The position numbers and the translations under genes were made by a program. Below are positions 37,923 to 49,617 of a stretch of 64,000 bases of DNA, one piece after another. Every line of letters begins with the position of its first letter. The stretch's first letter is position 1. Below the pieces are notes generated by a model that saw nothing but the letters and a program-made list of their open reading frames with translations, had not been told where the DNA came from and searched no databases. Origin of the DNA: Acidimicrobiales bacterium (lineage in GTDB: Bacteria; Actinomycetota; Acidimicrobiia; Acidimicrobiales; SZUA-35); the NCBI GenBank assembly GCA_965216675.1, contig CBDCGK010000004.1, positions 1,061,516-1,125,515 on the forward strand. The letters are read 5' to 3'.

Positions 37923-39035
37923 ATGATCGAGACCCGCGGCGCCGTTATCCGCACCTCACCGGGCGAATGGGAGGTTGTCGACATCGAGTTCGACGAACCC
38001 CGACAGGACGAACTGGCGGTCAAGATGGTGGCATCGGGCCTGTGCCACTCCGATGACCACATCGCCACCGGCGACATGCCTTCGGGCATCTACCCGCTCA
38101 TCGGCGGTCACGAGGGTTCGGGAGTGGTCGAGGCGGTGGGACCCAACACTGTGGGCTGGGAGGTCGGCGATCACCTGGTGATGTCGTTCCTACCCGGATG
38201 CGGCAAGTGCCGCTGGTGTGCCTCCGGGCAACAGAACCTGTGTGACCTGGGGGCCAACCTGCTCACCGGCTGCCGGGAGGACGGGTCGTTGCGGGCCCGG
38301 GTCGACGGAGCCGACGCCGGGCAGATGTGCGGCATCTCCACCTTCGCCGAACGAACCGTCATCAGCACCGCCTCGGCGGTGAAGGTCGACGTCGACATCC
38401 CGCTCGACAAGGCCTGCCTGGTCGGCTGCGGCGTCGGCACCGGGTGGGGGTCGGCGGTCAACTCGGCCCAGGTCAAACCCGGCCAGACGGTGATCATCAT
38501 GGGTTGCGGCGGCATCGGCATGAACGCCGTCCAGGGGGCCGCCCACGCCGGCGCGTCCCACGTGATCGCCGTCGATCCGCTGCCGTTCAAGACCGAGGTG
38601 GCCCAACAGGTCGGCGCCACCCACACCTTCGACAACATCGCCGACGCAACGGCCTTCGCCCAATCGGTGACCAACGGCCAGGGAGCCGACTCGGTGATCG
38701 TCACCATTGGCGTCGTCGAGACCGAACATGTCACCCAGGCGTTCTCCGCGGTTCGAAAGGCCGGCACGGTGGTCGTCACCGGCCTCGGCAACCTGGAATC
38801 GGCCAACATCAACGTGCCGGCGTTCGAGCTCACGCTGATGCAGAAGCGCATTCAGGGTTCGCTCTACGGCGAACTCTCCCCCAGCCGCGACATCCCGTGG
38901 CTGCTGGCCATGTACCAGAACGGTCAGCTTCGACTCGACGAACTGGTGACCAACACCTACTCCCTCGACGACATCAACCAGGGCTACGCCGACATGCGCG
39001 ACGGCAAGAACGTGCGCGGCGTGATCGTCTACTGA
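37923..39035 (+). CDS. Zn-dependent alcohol dehydrogenase (NDMA-dependent / Rxyl_3153-like)
   Basis: GLCHSDDH, GHEG, CGKCRWC..NLC, GCGVGTGWGSAV, GCGGIG. Confidence 0.9.
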   Translation: MIETRGAVIRTSPGEWEVVDIEFDEPRQDELAVKMVASGLCHSDDHIATGDMPSGIYPLIGGHEGSGVVEAVGPNTVGWEVGDHLVMSFLPGCGKCRWCASGQQNLCDLGANLLTGCREDGSLRARVDGADAGQMCGISTFAERTVISTASAVKVDVDIPLDKACLVGCGVGTGWGSAVNSAQVKPGQTVIIMGCGGIGMNAVQGAAHAGASHVIAVDPLPFKTEVAQQVGATHTFDNIADATAFAQSVTNGQGADSVIVTIGVVETEHVTQAFSAVRKAGTVVVTGLGNLESANINVPAFELTLMQKRIQGSLYGELSPSRDIPWLLAMYQNGQLRLDELVTNTYSLDDINQGYADMRDGKNVRGVIVY

Positions 39036-39232
39036 GGCGGCGCGGCCGGATCGCCCGACGAGGGCGACCTCGAGATTCCTGGAACCGGACTCCGGGTTGA
39101 GGTGTCTCTAAACCACGCAAGTAGGACAACCGAGCCAACAGCGGCCGAACTCTCGATCCCCGTCGAGATCCTGTTCGACCACTGAGGGCTTCGTGAGGCG
39201 GGGATCGAGCAGTACTGTGGACGACGAGAGCC

Positions 39233-40279
39233 ATGGACGTCGTCTACTCCCCCGCCCAGACCCTGCATCATGCCCTCGAACTCGACGGCGGGCAGCTCGT
39301 CCTGTCTTGGGAGAGCCCCATCAGAGCGGTTCGTGTGGCTGAACGGCTGGCCGGATCGCACCGGGTCCTCGAACCCGACCCCTTCGACCGGGACCTCGCC
39401 GAACAGGTTCACGATTCCGACTACATCGAGTTCCTGTCCGGGTGCTGGGATCGGTGGGTGGCGGAGGGTCGAGGCGCAACCCAGGCCATGGGTTTCACCT
39501 GGCCGGCCGCCGGGCTCCGCGACGCCCGCCCCTCCGACCTCGATGGACAGCTCGGCTACTACTCGTTCAGCGCCGACTGCTCCATCGGCCCCGACACGTG
39601 GACCTCCGCCGCGGTGAGCGCGGCAGCCGCCCACACCGCAGCCCGGCTGGTAGCCGAACGCCTCGGTGATGAAGCCGAGCACACGCCGGTCGCGTTCGCG
39701 CTGTGTCGCCCCCCGGGACACCACGCCGGCGCCAGACAGTTCGGTGGCTACTGCTATCTCAACAACGCGGCCATCGCCGCCCAGGCCTTACGAAACACCG
39801 GAGTGGACCGGGTGGCGATCCTCGACATCGACTACCACCACGGCAACGGCACCCAGTCGATCTTCTACACGCGATCCGACGTGGTCTTCTGCTCGATCCA
39901 TGCCGATCCGGCACAGGAATTCCCCTACTTCAGCGGCTTCGCCGACGAGACCGGCGAGGGCGACGGAGAGGGCCACAATCTCAACCTGCCCCTACCGCAG
40001 GGCACCGGCCCCAGCGAGTGGATGGCCACACTCGACCAGGCCCTCGACTGGTTGCGGGATCATGAGCCGCAAGCCATCGTCGTCTCCGCCGGGGTCGACA
40101 CCTACGAGGACGACCCGATCAGCGCGTTCAAGCTGCCGACGGCGGTGTATCCGACGATCGGTCATCGCCTGGCGGCGGTCGGCCTGCCGACGGTGCTCGT
40201 GTTCGAGGGCGGCTATGCCACCGAACCACTGGCCGACAACGTCGCGGGACTGCTCCACGGCTACGAGTCGGCCGGCTGA
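39233..40279 (+). CDS. histone deacetylase-family acetylpolyamine amidohydrolase
   Basis: RPPGHHA, GGYCYLNNAAIA, DIDYHHGNGTQ, DPIS, EGGY. Confidence 0.92.
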   Translation: MDVVYSPAQTLHHALELDGGQLVLSWESPIRAVRVAERLAGSHRVLEPDPFDRDLAEQVHDSDYIEFLSGCWDRWVAEGRGATQAMGFTWPAAGLRDARPSDLDGQLGYYSFSADCSIGPDTWTSAAVSAAAAHTAARLVAERLGDEAEHTPVAFALCRPPGHHAGARQFGGYCYLNNAAIAAQALRNTGVDRVAILDIDYHHGNGTQSIFYTRSDVVFCSIHADPAQEFPYFSGFADETGEGDGEGHNLNLPLPQGTGPSEWMATLDQALDWLRDHEPQAIVVSAGVDTYEDDPISAFKLPTAVYPTIGHRLAAVGLPTVLVFEGGYATEPLADNVAGLLHGYESAG

Positions 40280-40303
40280 ACCTCGTTCGGGCGCGGGAAA
40301 AAC

Positions 40304-40339
40304 GAAGCAGATCCGGACAGTATCGTCCGATACTGCTTC
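40304..40339. terminator. hairpin between convergent genes
   Basis: GAAGCAG/CTGCTTC and CGGAC/GTCCG stems. Confidence 0.45.
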
Positions 40340-40373
40340 ACGTTGGTTCGGGCGTCGGGGATGACGGCGACGG

Positions 40374-42027
<1,654 letters not shown>

Positions 42028-42031
<4 letters not shown>

Positions 42032-43839
42032 GCTTCTCCCTGTTCTTCTGCGCGCTGAGACGGGTCGGTGGTGCCCTCTGGGCCGCCCCGCTGAGACGGG
42101 TCGACCAATATGTCGTCGTTGGAACCGCCCGCCGGGACCATCGGGTACACCTTCTCTTCGCTGAGGCACCGGAATTCGATCAGGACCGGTCGGTCGTTGA
42201 TCTCGTTGGCCTTGGCGATGGCCACATCGATCTCGGTCGGCTCCTCGACCCGGAGGGCCACACAGCCCATCGACTCCGCCCACTTCACGTAGTCGGGCAT
42301 GTCGTGGCTCAGGTACACCTCGGAGTAGCGCTCCTCGTAGAACAACTCCTGCCACTGGCGGACCATGCCGAGATAGGCGTTGTTGAGCAGCGCAACCTTG
42401 ATCGGGATGCGTTCAACCGAGGCGGTGATCAGCTCCTGACCGGTCATCTGGAAGCAGCCGTCGCCGTCGACCGCCCAGACCATACGGTCCGGGTAGGCGG
42501 CCTTGGCGCCGATGGCGGCAGGAATGGAGAAGCCCATGGTGCCGAGACCGCCCGAGTTGATCCAGGTGTAGGGATGCTCGAAGCGCCAGTACTGACTGGC
42601 CCACATCTGATGCTGACCGACACCGGATGCGACGATCGTGTTGGTGGGGCAGGCGTCCCGCAGGGACTCCAGCACTTGCTGCGGTTTGACGTACTCGCCG
42701 GGGGCCGACGGCTCGTAGGTGAGCGGGTAGCGCTCCTGCCAGCCGGAAACCTGCTGACGCCAGGCGGTGTGATCGGCGAACGCGTCGGACCCGCCCTCGG
42801 CGGTCAGCTCACGCAACATCGCCTCCATCGCCAGACGGCAGTCGCCGACCACCGACACCTCCGGCATACGAACCTTGCCGTGCTCGGCCGGGTCGATGTC
42901 GACGTGGATGACCTTGGCGTCGGGGGCGAACGCCGCCACCTTGCCGGTGACCCGGTCGTCGAACCGGGCCCCCATGGCGATCAGGAGATCGGAGCGCTGA
43001 ATGGCTGTGACCGCCGTGTAGTTGCCGTGCATGCCCGGCATGCCGAGGTTGAGCTCGTGGCTGTCGGGGAAGGCGCCCCGGGCCATCAAGGTGGTGACCA
43101 CCGGAATGTCGCCCATCTCGGCCAGCCGCCGCAGTGCCTCGGCGCCCCGTGACTTGAGCACCCCGCCACCGACGTAGAGCACCGGCCGCTCAGCCACCTT
43201 CATCAGCTCGAGCGCCGCCGCTATCTCCGCCTCGGCCGGTTCGGGCTGGGGGGCGTAGCCCGGCAGGTCCACCTCTGGCGGGTAGACGAAGTCGAAGTAG
43301 GCGTTCGGGTTGTTGGCGTCGACGATGTCCTTCGGGATGTCGATGAGCACCGGGCCGGGGCGGCCGGTGGTGGCGATGTGGAACGCTTCGCGAACCGCCC
43401 GGGGAATGTCGGAGGCCCTGGTGACCAGCATGTTGTGCTTGGTGATCGACCGGGTGATGCCGGTCGTGTCGCACTCCTGGAAAGCGTCGGTGCCGATCGA
43501 GCCGAGCGCCACCTGACCGGTGATGCAGACCATCGGAACCGAGTCGAGGTAGGCGTCGGCCAGCGGGGTCACGACGTTGGTGGCCGCCGGGCCGCTGGTC
43601 ACCATGCACACGCCCGGGCGGCCGGTGGCGTGAGCGTATCCCTCAGCCGCGTGGCCGGCGCCCTGCTCGTGACGGACCAGCACGTGGCGGATCTTCGAGT
43701 CGATGATCGGGTCGTAGACCGGGAGGATGGCGCCACCGGGGTAGCCGAACACGACCTCCACTCCCTCCATCTCCAGGCTCTTGATGAGGGCTTGACCGCC
43801 GTTCAGGCGTATCGGTTCGCTGGTCGATTGGACACTCAT
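42028..43839 (-). CDS. ilvB: acetolactate synthase large subunit
   Basis: [51 protein letters not shown]. Confidence 0.97.
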
Positions 43840-43882
43840 TGTTTTCTCTTCTGTCGGAGGTCGGGCTCGGAGTCTTCGGGCG

Positions 43883-43916
43883 AAAAACGGAAAAGCCCCC
43901 CGGGTTTGGGAGGCTT
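43883..43916 (-). terminator. intrinsic terminator of the ilvB attenuator
   Basis: Minus strand AAGCCTCCC-AAACCC-GGGGGGCTT followed by TTCCGTTTTT. Confidence 0.85.
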
Positions 43917-43949
43917 GGCGCACGCAGCTTGAACTCGCAGCGGCGTGCG

Positions 43950-44024
43950 CTACATAAGTACTACGTCGATGGCGATGTTCTTCGGTGCCGGGCCGGCACG
44001 ATGGCTGAAGGTCATCGCCACCAT
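43950..44024 (-). CDS. ilvB leader peptide [24 protein letters not shown]
   Basis: Ile/Val/Leu codons clustered before the stop, followed by a GCGCACGC/GCGTGCGC hairpin and terminator; alternative start at 44015. Confidence 0.82.
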   Translation of the reverse strand: MVAMTFSHRAGPAPKNIAIDVVLM

Positions 44025-44058
44025 TCAATCACCACGTGACGAAGACCACAACGAGATT

Positions 44059-45294
44059 TCAGAAGAAGGTGCCGCAGAACGGGAGCGGCTTGACGGTGAA
44101 GAGTCGATCGGCGTCGGTCAGCGCGGCGTGAAACGCCTCGTCGCCACCCGACGCGTTTCCAGGACGAACCCGACCGACCGCGGCATCGGCGAGCCATGAC
44201 ATGCCGCCGAGATACTGGGCGGAGATGGCGTCGATGTCGGCGACGAGGTCGGCCGGTTCGTCGGTGCGGTGGGCACCGTCGCCCGATATCCGCCATCGCC
44301 CGTTGTTTCCGTCGATCAGGGGATCGGAGACGGCGACGACGATTCCGTCACCGGTCGACGGCCCGTAGCTCCTCGCGCTCAGCGCGGCGTCGACGTCGAC
44401 GAGGCGGAGCCACTGCTCGTCGATGACGGTGGTGATGCGGTAGGCCCGCCGATCCGCGATGGCATCCCGGACGAGGTCGTCGAGCGGTCTCTCCAATGAC
44501 GTCCAGGTCTCCACCAGGTCGATCGACAGCAGGTGGCGCCACAGTGCCAACTCGACGTCGTCCGACACGGCGACGACGTCGTGGATCTTGCCTCGACCGC
44601 CCTGCTCGAGTGTGTCGGCCCAACTCGTTGTGTAGTACACGTAGCCGTCAGGTTCGCCCCCGTCGTCGAGATGGACCGCGACCAGGGCGTTCTCCTTCGA
44701 CTCCCCGACCGCCCGGAAATGCCGCTCGGCCCAGGGTTCGGGACGGGTGATCAGTCCAGGCCGGCGACCGAGGCAGCGGCGGTAGATCTTGTCCACCACT
44801 CCGGGGACCTCATCGGTTTCGAGCAACCTGACGGCCCCACCCGCTGCGCCCCGGACGGGACGGGCACGACGGGCGGTGATCTCCACCCTGGCGAAATCAC
44901 CGGCAACCCCGAACCCGTACCGCCGGTAGATCGTCGCCTCGCTGGCCCGGAGGGACATCAGCGGCCAGTTGCGCTCGGCGGCGTCGAAGATCAAGGCGTG
45001 CATCAGACCGGTTCCGGCTCCCCGCCGGGCGTGCGTGGACAGCACTCCGACCCATGTGACCGCCGCCGTGGCCAGCGCCGCTCCACCGGGAACCGTTGTC
45101 TCGACGGCAAGATTGGCGGCATGGCCGACGCAGTCGTCGCCGTCCCAGGCCGAGAACGAGATCGACTGCTGCCAGGCCGGCAGGGACTTGGCCCAGCGCT
45201 CGTCGTCCGGTGGCGGGGTGAGTAGGGCCCGGCACGTGGTGTCGGCGGCGGTGCGGTACTCGTCGGGCCGGGTAGGCCGGATCTCGATCTCCAT
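44059..45294 (-). CDS. Eis-like GNAT acetyltransferase with SCP2-like C-terminus
   Basis: VGVLSTHARRG, ASEATIYRRYGFG, WLRLVDVDAALSARSY, FCGTFF; TACGGT-N6-ATG. Confidence 0.9.
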   Translation of the reverse strand: MEIEIRPTRPDEYRTAADTTCRALLTPPPDDERWAKSLPAWQQSISFSAWDGDDCVGHAANLAVETTVPGGAALATAAVTWVGVLSTHARRGAGTGLMHALIFDAAERNWPLMSLRASEATIYRRYGFGVAGDFARVEITARRARPVRGAAGGAVRLLETDEVPGVVDKIYRRCLGRRPGLITRPEPWAERHFRAVGESKENALVAVHLDDGGEPDGYVYYTTSWADTLEQGGRGKIHDVVAVSDDVELALWRHLLSIDLVETWTSLERPLDDLVRDAIADRRAYRITTVIDEQWLRLVDVDAALSARSYGPSTGDGIVVAVSDPLIDGNNGRWRISGDGAHRTDEPADLVADIDAISAQYLGGMSWLADAAVGRVRPGNASGGDEAFHAALTDADRLFTVKPLPFCGTFF

Positions 45295-45373
45295 GGTGAA
45301 ACCGTAGTCAGTGGACGGTTCGACCGCTGCCGATATTGGCGCCGGGTGCCGCCTCGAGATCTACCATGCGGAG

Positions 45374-46720
45374 GTGAACAACAAGAGCCACATCATGGGC
45401 CGACGAGGCCACGAAGACGCCCCGTACGCTGCCACCGGCGACGGTTGTTTCATCGTCGACACCCGCGGTCGTCGCTACCTGGACGCCTCCGGGGGGCCGG
45501 CCGTGTCGTGTCTCGGGCACTCCAACCGCGCCGTGGCCGCTGCCGTGGCCGCCCAACTGGAAGCGATCGCCTTCCCCTACTCGGGCTTCTTCACCACCGA
45601 GGCCGCCGAGGAGCTGGCCCGCCGGTTGGCCGAGGCGGCGCCCGGCGAACTGGACCGGGTCTACTTCGTGTCCGGTGGGTCAGAGGCCGTCGAGTCGGCG
45701 ATCAAGGCGGCCCGCCAGTACTTCGTGGAGCGGGGTGAACCACAACGCCGCCACCTGATCGCCCGCCGCCAGAGCTATCACGGCAACACCCTCGGCGCGC
45801 TGGCCGCCGGCGGCAACGTCGCCCGGCGGGCTCCCTACCACCCGCTCCTGGTCGAGACCTCGCATATCGCACCGTGTTACGAGTACCGGCACCGGGGTGA
45901 GAGCGAGTCGGCCATCGACTACGGACGGCGGGTGGCCGACGAGCTCGAGACCGAGATCGAGCGGCTCGGAGCCGGGAACGTCATGGCCTTCCTGGCTGAA
46001 CCGGTGGTGGGAGCCACGCTCGGCGCCGTGCCGGCCGTCGACGGCTACTTCCGTCGGATCCGGGAGATCTGCGACCGCAACGGCATCCTGTTGATCCTCG
46101 ACGAGGTGATGTGCGGCATGGGTCGGACCGGCACCCTGTTCGCGTGTGAGCACGATGACATCGCCCCGGACATCACCTGTCTGGCCAAGGGCCTGGGAGC
46201 GGGCTACCAACCGCTCGGAGCCATGTTGTGCACCGGCGAGATCCACGACACGATCGTCGACGGCTCGGGGTTCTTCCAACACGGGCACACCTACCAGGGC
46301 CACCCGATGGCCGCGGCCGCCGGCCTGGCGGTGCTCGACGAGCTGGAGGCCCACAACCTGGTCGACCGGGCTGCGAGCCTGGGCCGGGTGCTGGAGCAGC
46401 GATTGCGAGAGCAATTCGGCGATCACCCACATGTCGGCGACGTTCGGGGACGGGGCATGTTCTGGGGCCTCGAGTTCGTGGCCGACCGCGACACCAAGGA
46501 CCCGTTCGATCCGGCGGCTCAGGTGGCGGTGCGCCTCAAGGAGGTCGCCCAGTCCAACGGCCTGCTGTGCTACCCGACCGGCGGGACCGCCGATGGGACC
46601 CGTGGTGATCACGTCATCATCGCACCGCCCTACATCGTCACCGAGGCCGAGATCGACCAGATCGTCGAGCTGTTGGCCCGGTCGATCGACGAAACGGTGG
46701 TTTCCAGCGCATCGAGGTGA
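45374..46720 (+). CDS. class III PLP-dependent aminotransferase
   Basis: YLDASGG, SGGSEAVE, SYHGNT, DEVMCGMGRTG, AKGLG, HGHTY; TACCAT-N6-GTG. Confidence 0.93.
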   Translation: MNNKSHIMGRRGHEDAPYAATGDGCFIVDTRGRRYLDASGGPAVSCLGHSNRAVAAAVAAQLEAIAFPYSGFFTTEAAEELARRLAEAAPGELDRVYFVSGGSEAVESAIKAARQYFVERGEPQRRHLIARRQSYHGNTLGALAAGGNVARRAPYHPLLVETSHIAPCYEYRHRGESESAIDYGRRVADELETEIERLGAGNVMAFLAEPVVGATLGAVPAVDGYFRRIREICDRNGILLILDEVMCGMGRTGTLFACEHDDIAPDITCLAKGLGAGYQPLGAMLCTGEIHDTIVDGSGFFQHGHTYQGHPMAAAAGLAVLDELEAHNLVDRAASLGRVLEQRLREQFGDHPHVGDVRGRGMFWGLEFVADRDTKDPFDPAAQVAVRLKEVAQSNGLLCYPTGGTADGTRGDHVIIAPPYIVTEAEIDQIVELLARSIDETVVSSASR

Positions 46721-46749
46721 CCGCCTGCGGGTGATGCGACGGCGACCCA

Positions 46750-46783
46750 GAATATTCACATGAATGTATTCTTGCTCTATACT
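46750..46783 (+). promoter_or_regulatory. AT-rich imperfect palindrome (core ATTCA-CA-TGAAT) plus TATACT -10 box; probable MarR operator/promoter
   Basis: Directly upstream of the marR-like gene. Confidence 0.6.
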
Positions 46784-46791
46784 GGAACGCC

Positions 46792-47286
46792 ATGGCCACG
46801 CACGACGGCAGCTTCCTGGGTGAGTACCTGCCGTACCTGCTGCGCCGCGCCGATCAATCGCTGTCGGCATCGTTCTACGCCGTGCTGAACGACTACGGCG
46901 TCGCCCGCTCGGAGTGGCGGCTTCTGGCCGTACTCGAGAGCCTCGGGGAACTGACCGTCCTCGATCTGGCGGCGGCGTCATTGTCCCCCCAGCCGACGAT
47001 CACCCATGCCCTGCGTCGCCTCGAGGATCGCGGTCTTGTCAGCCGAATCGCCGGCACAGACGACCGACGGCAACGCTTCGTTTCCATCACCGCCCAGGGC
47101 AGCACCTTGGCGCGGGCGCTGATGACCGAAGCCCGATCCCTCCAGGCGGACGCCCTGGGCCAGGCCGGCGACCTCGGCCCACTGGTCGACCAACTCAAGA
47201 CGCTGACGGCCATGGTCGAAGAGCGGGCCAACCCGGACGGACGACCAAACCAAATCGAACAGACCGATATGAGCAGACCGAAATGA
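46792..47286 (+). CDS. MarR-family regulator
   Basis: YLPYLL, EWRLLAVL, QPTITHALRRLEDRGLV, DRR..ITAQG. Confidence 0.9.
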   Translation: MATHDGSFLGEYLPYLLRRADQSLSASFYAVLNDYGVARSEWRLLAVLESLGELTVLDLAAASLSPQPTITHALRRLEDRGLVSRIAGTDDRRQRFVSITAQGSTLARALMTEARSLQADALGQAGDLGPLVDQLKTLTAMVEERANPDGRPNQIEQTDMSRPK

Positions 47287-47310
47287 CCAGACGACAGTGA
47301 GCAGACGAAC

Positions 47311-48147
47311 ATGAGCACAGACACCAGAACCCCCACCGAACTCGCCGCATCGTTCGACGACGACTTCACCTACGGCAGCTACCTCAAGATCCCGGAGCTG
47401 CTGTCATTGCAGCACTGCGTTTCGGTCGATCCGGACACCGGCAGACCGGAACACGACGAGACGCTGTTCATCATCATCCACCAGGTTTATGAGCTGTGGT
47501 TCAAACAGCTGCTCCACGAGCTGGACCACATCGTCACCTTGATCGACGCCCATCAGATCGGAGGTGCCCGCCACCACCTCAAACGGGTGCTCAAGATCCT
47601 GAAGACCCTCGTCGGGCAGATCGACGTGCTCGAAACGATGACACCGGCGGAGTTCGCGAGCTTCCGTTCGTTCCTCAACGCCGCCAGCGGCTTCCAGTCG
47701 GTGCAGTTCCGCGAGCTCGAATTCCTGCTCGGGGTCAAGGACCGCGTTCAGCTCGACTGGTTCGACGGTGCCGAGGCCGCCCGACTGACCGCCCGCTACA
47801 AGGCCCGTACGGTCTGGGACTCATTCGTCGCCATGATCGACCGGGATGGCTTCGATGTTCCCGTCGAGGTCCTGGAGCGGGATGTCACCGAACGCATCGT
47901 CCCCAATACCGAGCTGCAGGCAATCATCGTGAAACGCTACGACGATGAGACGTTCGCCGGGCTCTGCGAGACCCTCACCGATCTCGACGAAGGCCTGCAG
48001 GAGTGGCGATACCGCCATGTGATGATGGTCCGCCGCACGATCGGTACCAAGAAGGGCACGGGCGGCTCCGACGGCGCCTCATATCTTGCCACCACGCTGT
48101 TCCAGCCGGCGTTCCCCGACCTGTGGGCCATCCGCACGGCATTCTAG
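47311..48147 (+). CDS. kynA: tryptophan 2,3-dioxygenase
   Basis: YGSYL, HDETLFIIIHQVYELWFK, ASGFQSVQFRELEF, WRYRH, GTGGSDG..YL, FPDLW. Confidence 0.94.
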   Translation: MSTDTRTPTELAASFDDDFTYGSYLKIPELLSLQHCVSVDPDTGRPEHDETLFIIIHQVYELWFKQLLHELDHIVTLIDAHQIGGARHHLKRVLKILKTLVGQIDVLETMTPAEFASFRSFLNAASGFQSVQFRELEFLLGVKDRVQLDWFDGAEAARLTARYKARTVWDSFVAMIDRDGFDVPVEVLERDVTERIVPNTELQAIIVKRYDDETFAGLCETLTDLDEGLQEWRYRHVMMVRRTIGTKKGTGGSDGASYLATTLFQPAFPDLWAIRTAF

Positions 48148-48166
48148 ATCTGTGAAGGAGACACCC

Positions 48167-49603
48167 TTGTACCGCTACCCCGACTTGCAGCTCTACATCA
48201 ACGGCACGTGGCGTTCGACCGACGAGACGATGCCGGTGATCAACCCGTCGACCGAGGAGGTCATCGGCCAGGTCCCGGTCGCCACGACGTCCGATCTCGA
48301 CGACGCGCTCGCAGCAGCGACCGCCGGGTTCGAGATCTGGAGCCAGACGCCGCCCAAAGCGCGGGCCGATCTCATCCGCGATGCGGTCGCCCTGATGTAC
48401 GAGCGGCAGGACGAGATCGCCCACGCCATCACCGCCGAACACGGCAAACCGTTCCGCCAGGCCCAGCTCGAGGTGATTCGAGGGTGTGAGTTCTTCGAGT
48501 GGGACGCGGGCGAAGCGGTCCGCACCTACGGTCGGGTCATCCCCAGCGCCCCGGGCATCAAGTACATCGTGCATCATCAGCCGATCGGGCCGGTGGCCGC
48601 CTTCTCGCCCTGGAACTTCCCCATGAGCCAGCCGGCCCGCAAGGTGGCGGGAGCGATCGCGTCGGGGTGCTCGATCATCCTCAAACCGGCCGAGGAGACA
48701 CCGGCCGGGGCGCTGCACATCGCCCAGGCGTTCCACGACGCCGGCCTCCCGCCGGGGGTGATGAACCTGGTCACCGGCGTTCCCGCCGACATCTCGTCGC
48801 ACCTCATCCCGAGTCCGGCGACCAAGCTGGTCGCCTTCACCGGTTCCACCGCCGTGGGCCGGCATCTCACCGGTATCGCGTCGAGCCACATGACCCCGGT
48901 TCTGATGGAGCTCGGTGGCCACGCCCCGGTGATCGTGTGTGAGGACACCGACGTCGAGGCGGCCGCCGTCAGCTCCGCCATCCGCAAGATGCGCAACGCC
49001 GGCCAGGTGTGCACCTCCCCCACCCGGTTCTTCGTGCACGACCGGATCTACGACCACTTTCTCGACGTCTTCACCGAACGATGCGCCGCCACCACCGTCG
49101 GCGACGGCATGACCGACGGCGTCGAGATGGGGCCGCTGGCCAACGAGCGCCGGATCGCCGCCATGACCGACCTGGTCGGCGACGCCGTCGAGGCCGGGGC
49201 CAAGCTCATGACCGGCGGCAAGCGGATCGGCACCACCGGCTACTTCTTCGAGCCGACCGTGCTGGCCGACGTTCCCGACAACGCCAAGGTGATGCAGGTC
49301 GAGCCGTTCGGGCCGCTGGCCATCGTCAACCCGGTCGATTCGCTCGACACCGCCATCGAGCAGGCCAACAGCGTGCCCTACGGGCTGGCCGCCTATGGTT
49401 TCACCAACCGGGCCGACTACGCCGACCGCATGGTCGAAAAGGTGGAAGCCGGCAACCTGTCGATCAACACGCTCGAAGCCTCGCTACCCGAGACGCCGTT
49501 CGGCGGCGTGAAGTCGAGCGGGTACGGCCGTGAGGGCGGGGCCGAAGGACTCCACCACTACACGGTCGTCAAGAACGTGTCGCACAGCATCGAAATAGTC
49601 TGA
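48167..49603 (+). CDS. NAD(P)-dependent aldehyde dehydrogenase (SSADH/KGSADH-like)
   Basis: PWNFP, KPAEETP, FTGST, MELGGHAP, NAGQVC, EPFGP; AAGGAG RBS before TTG. Confidence 0.92.
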   Translation: MYRYPDLQLYINGTWRSTDETMPVINPSTEEVIGQVPVATTSDLDDALAAATAGFEIWSQTPPKARADLIRDAVALMYERQDEIAHAITAEHGKPFRQAQLEVIRGCEFFEWDAGEAVRTYGRVIPSAPGIKYIVHHQPIGPVAAFSPWNFPMSQPARKVAGAIASGCSIILKPAEETPAGALHIAQAFHDAGLPPGVMNLVTGVPADISSHLIPSPATKLVAFTGSTAVGRHLTGIASSHMTPVLMELGGHAPVIVCEDTDVEAAAVSSAIRKMRNAGQVCTSPTRFFVHDRIYDHFLDVFTERCAATTVGDGMTDGVEMGPLANERRIAAMTDLVGDAVEAGAKLMTGGKRIGTTGYFFEPTVLADVPDNAKVMQVEPFGPLAIVNPVDSLDTAIEQANSVPYGLAAYGFTNRADYADRMVEKVEAGNLSINTLEASLPETPFGGVKSSGYGREGGAEGLHHYTVVKNVSHSIEIV

Positions 49604-49617
49604 GAGAGAACCACACC

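Noticed and set aside
39102..39185. 27-aa mini-ORF ending ELSIPVEILFDH, with nearby hairpins; possible gene remnant
   Set aside because: Too short, no convincing RBS, similarity cannot be tested here.
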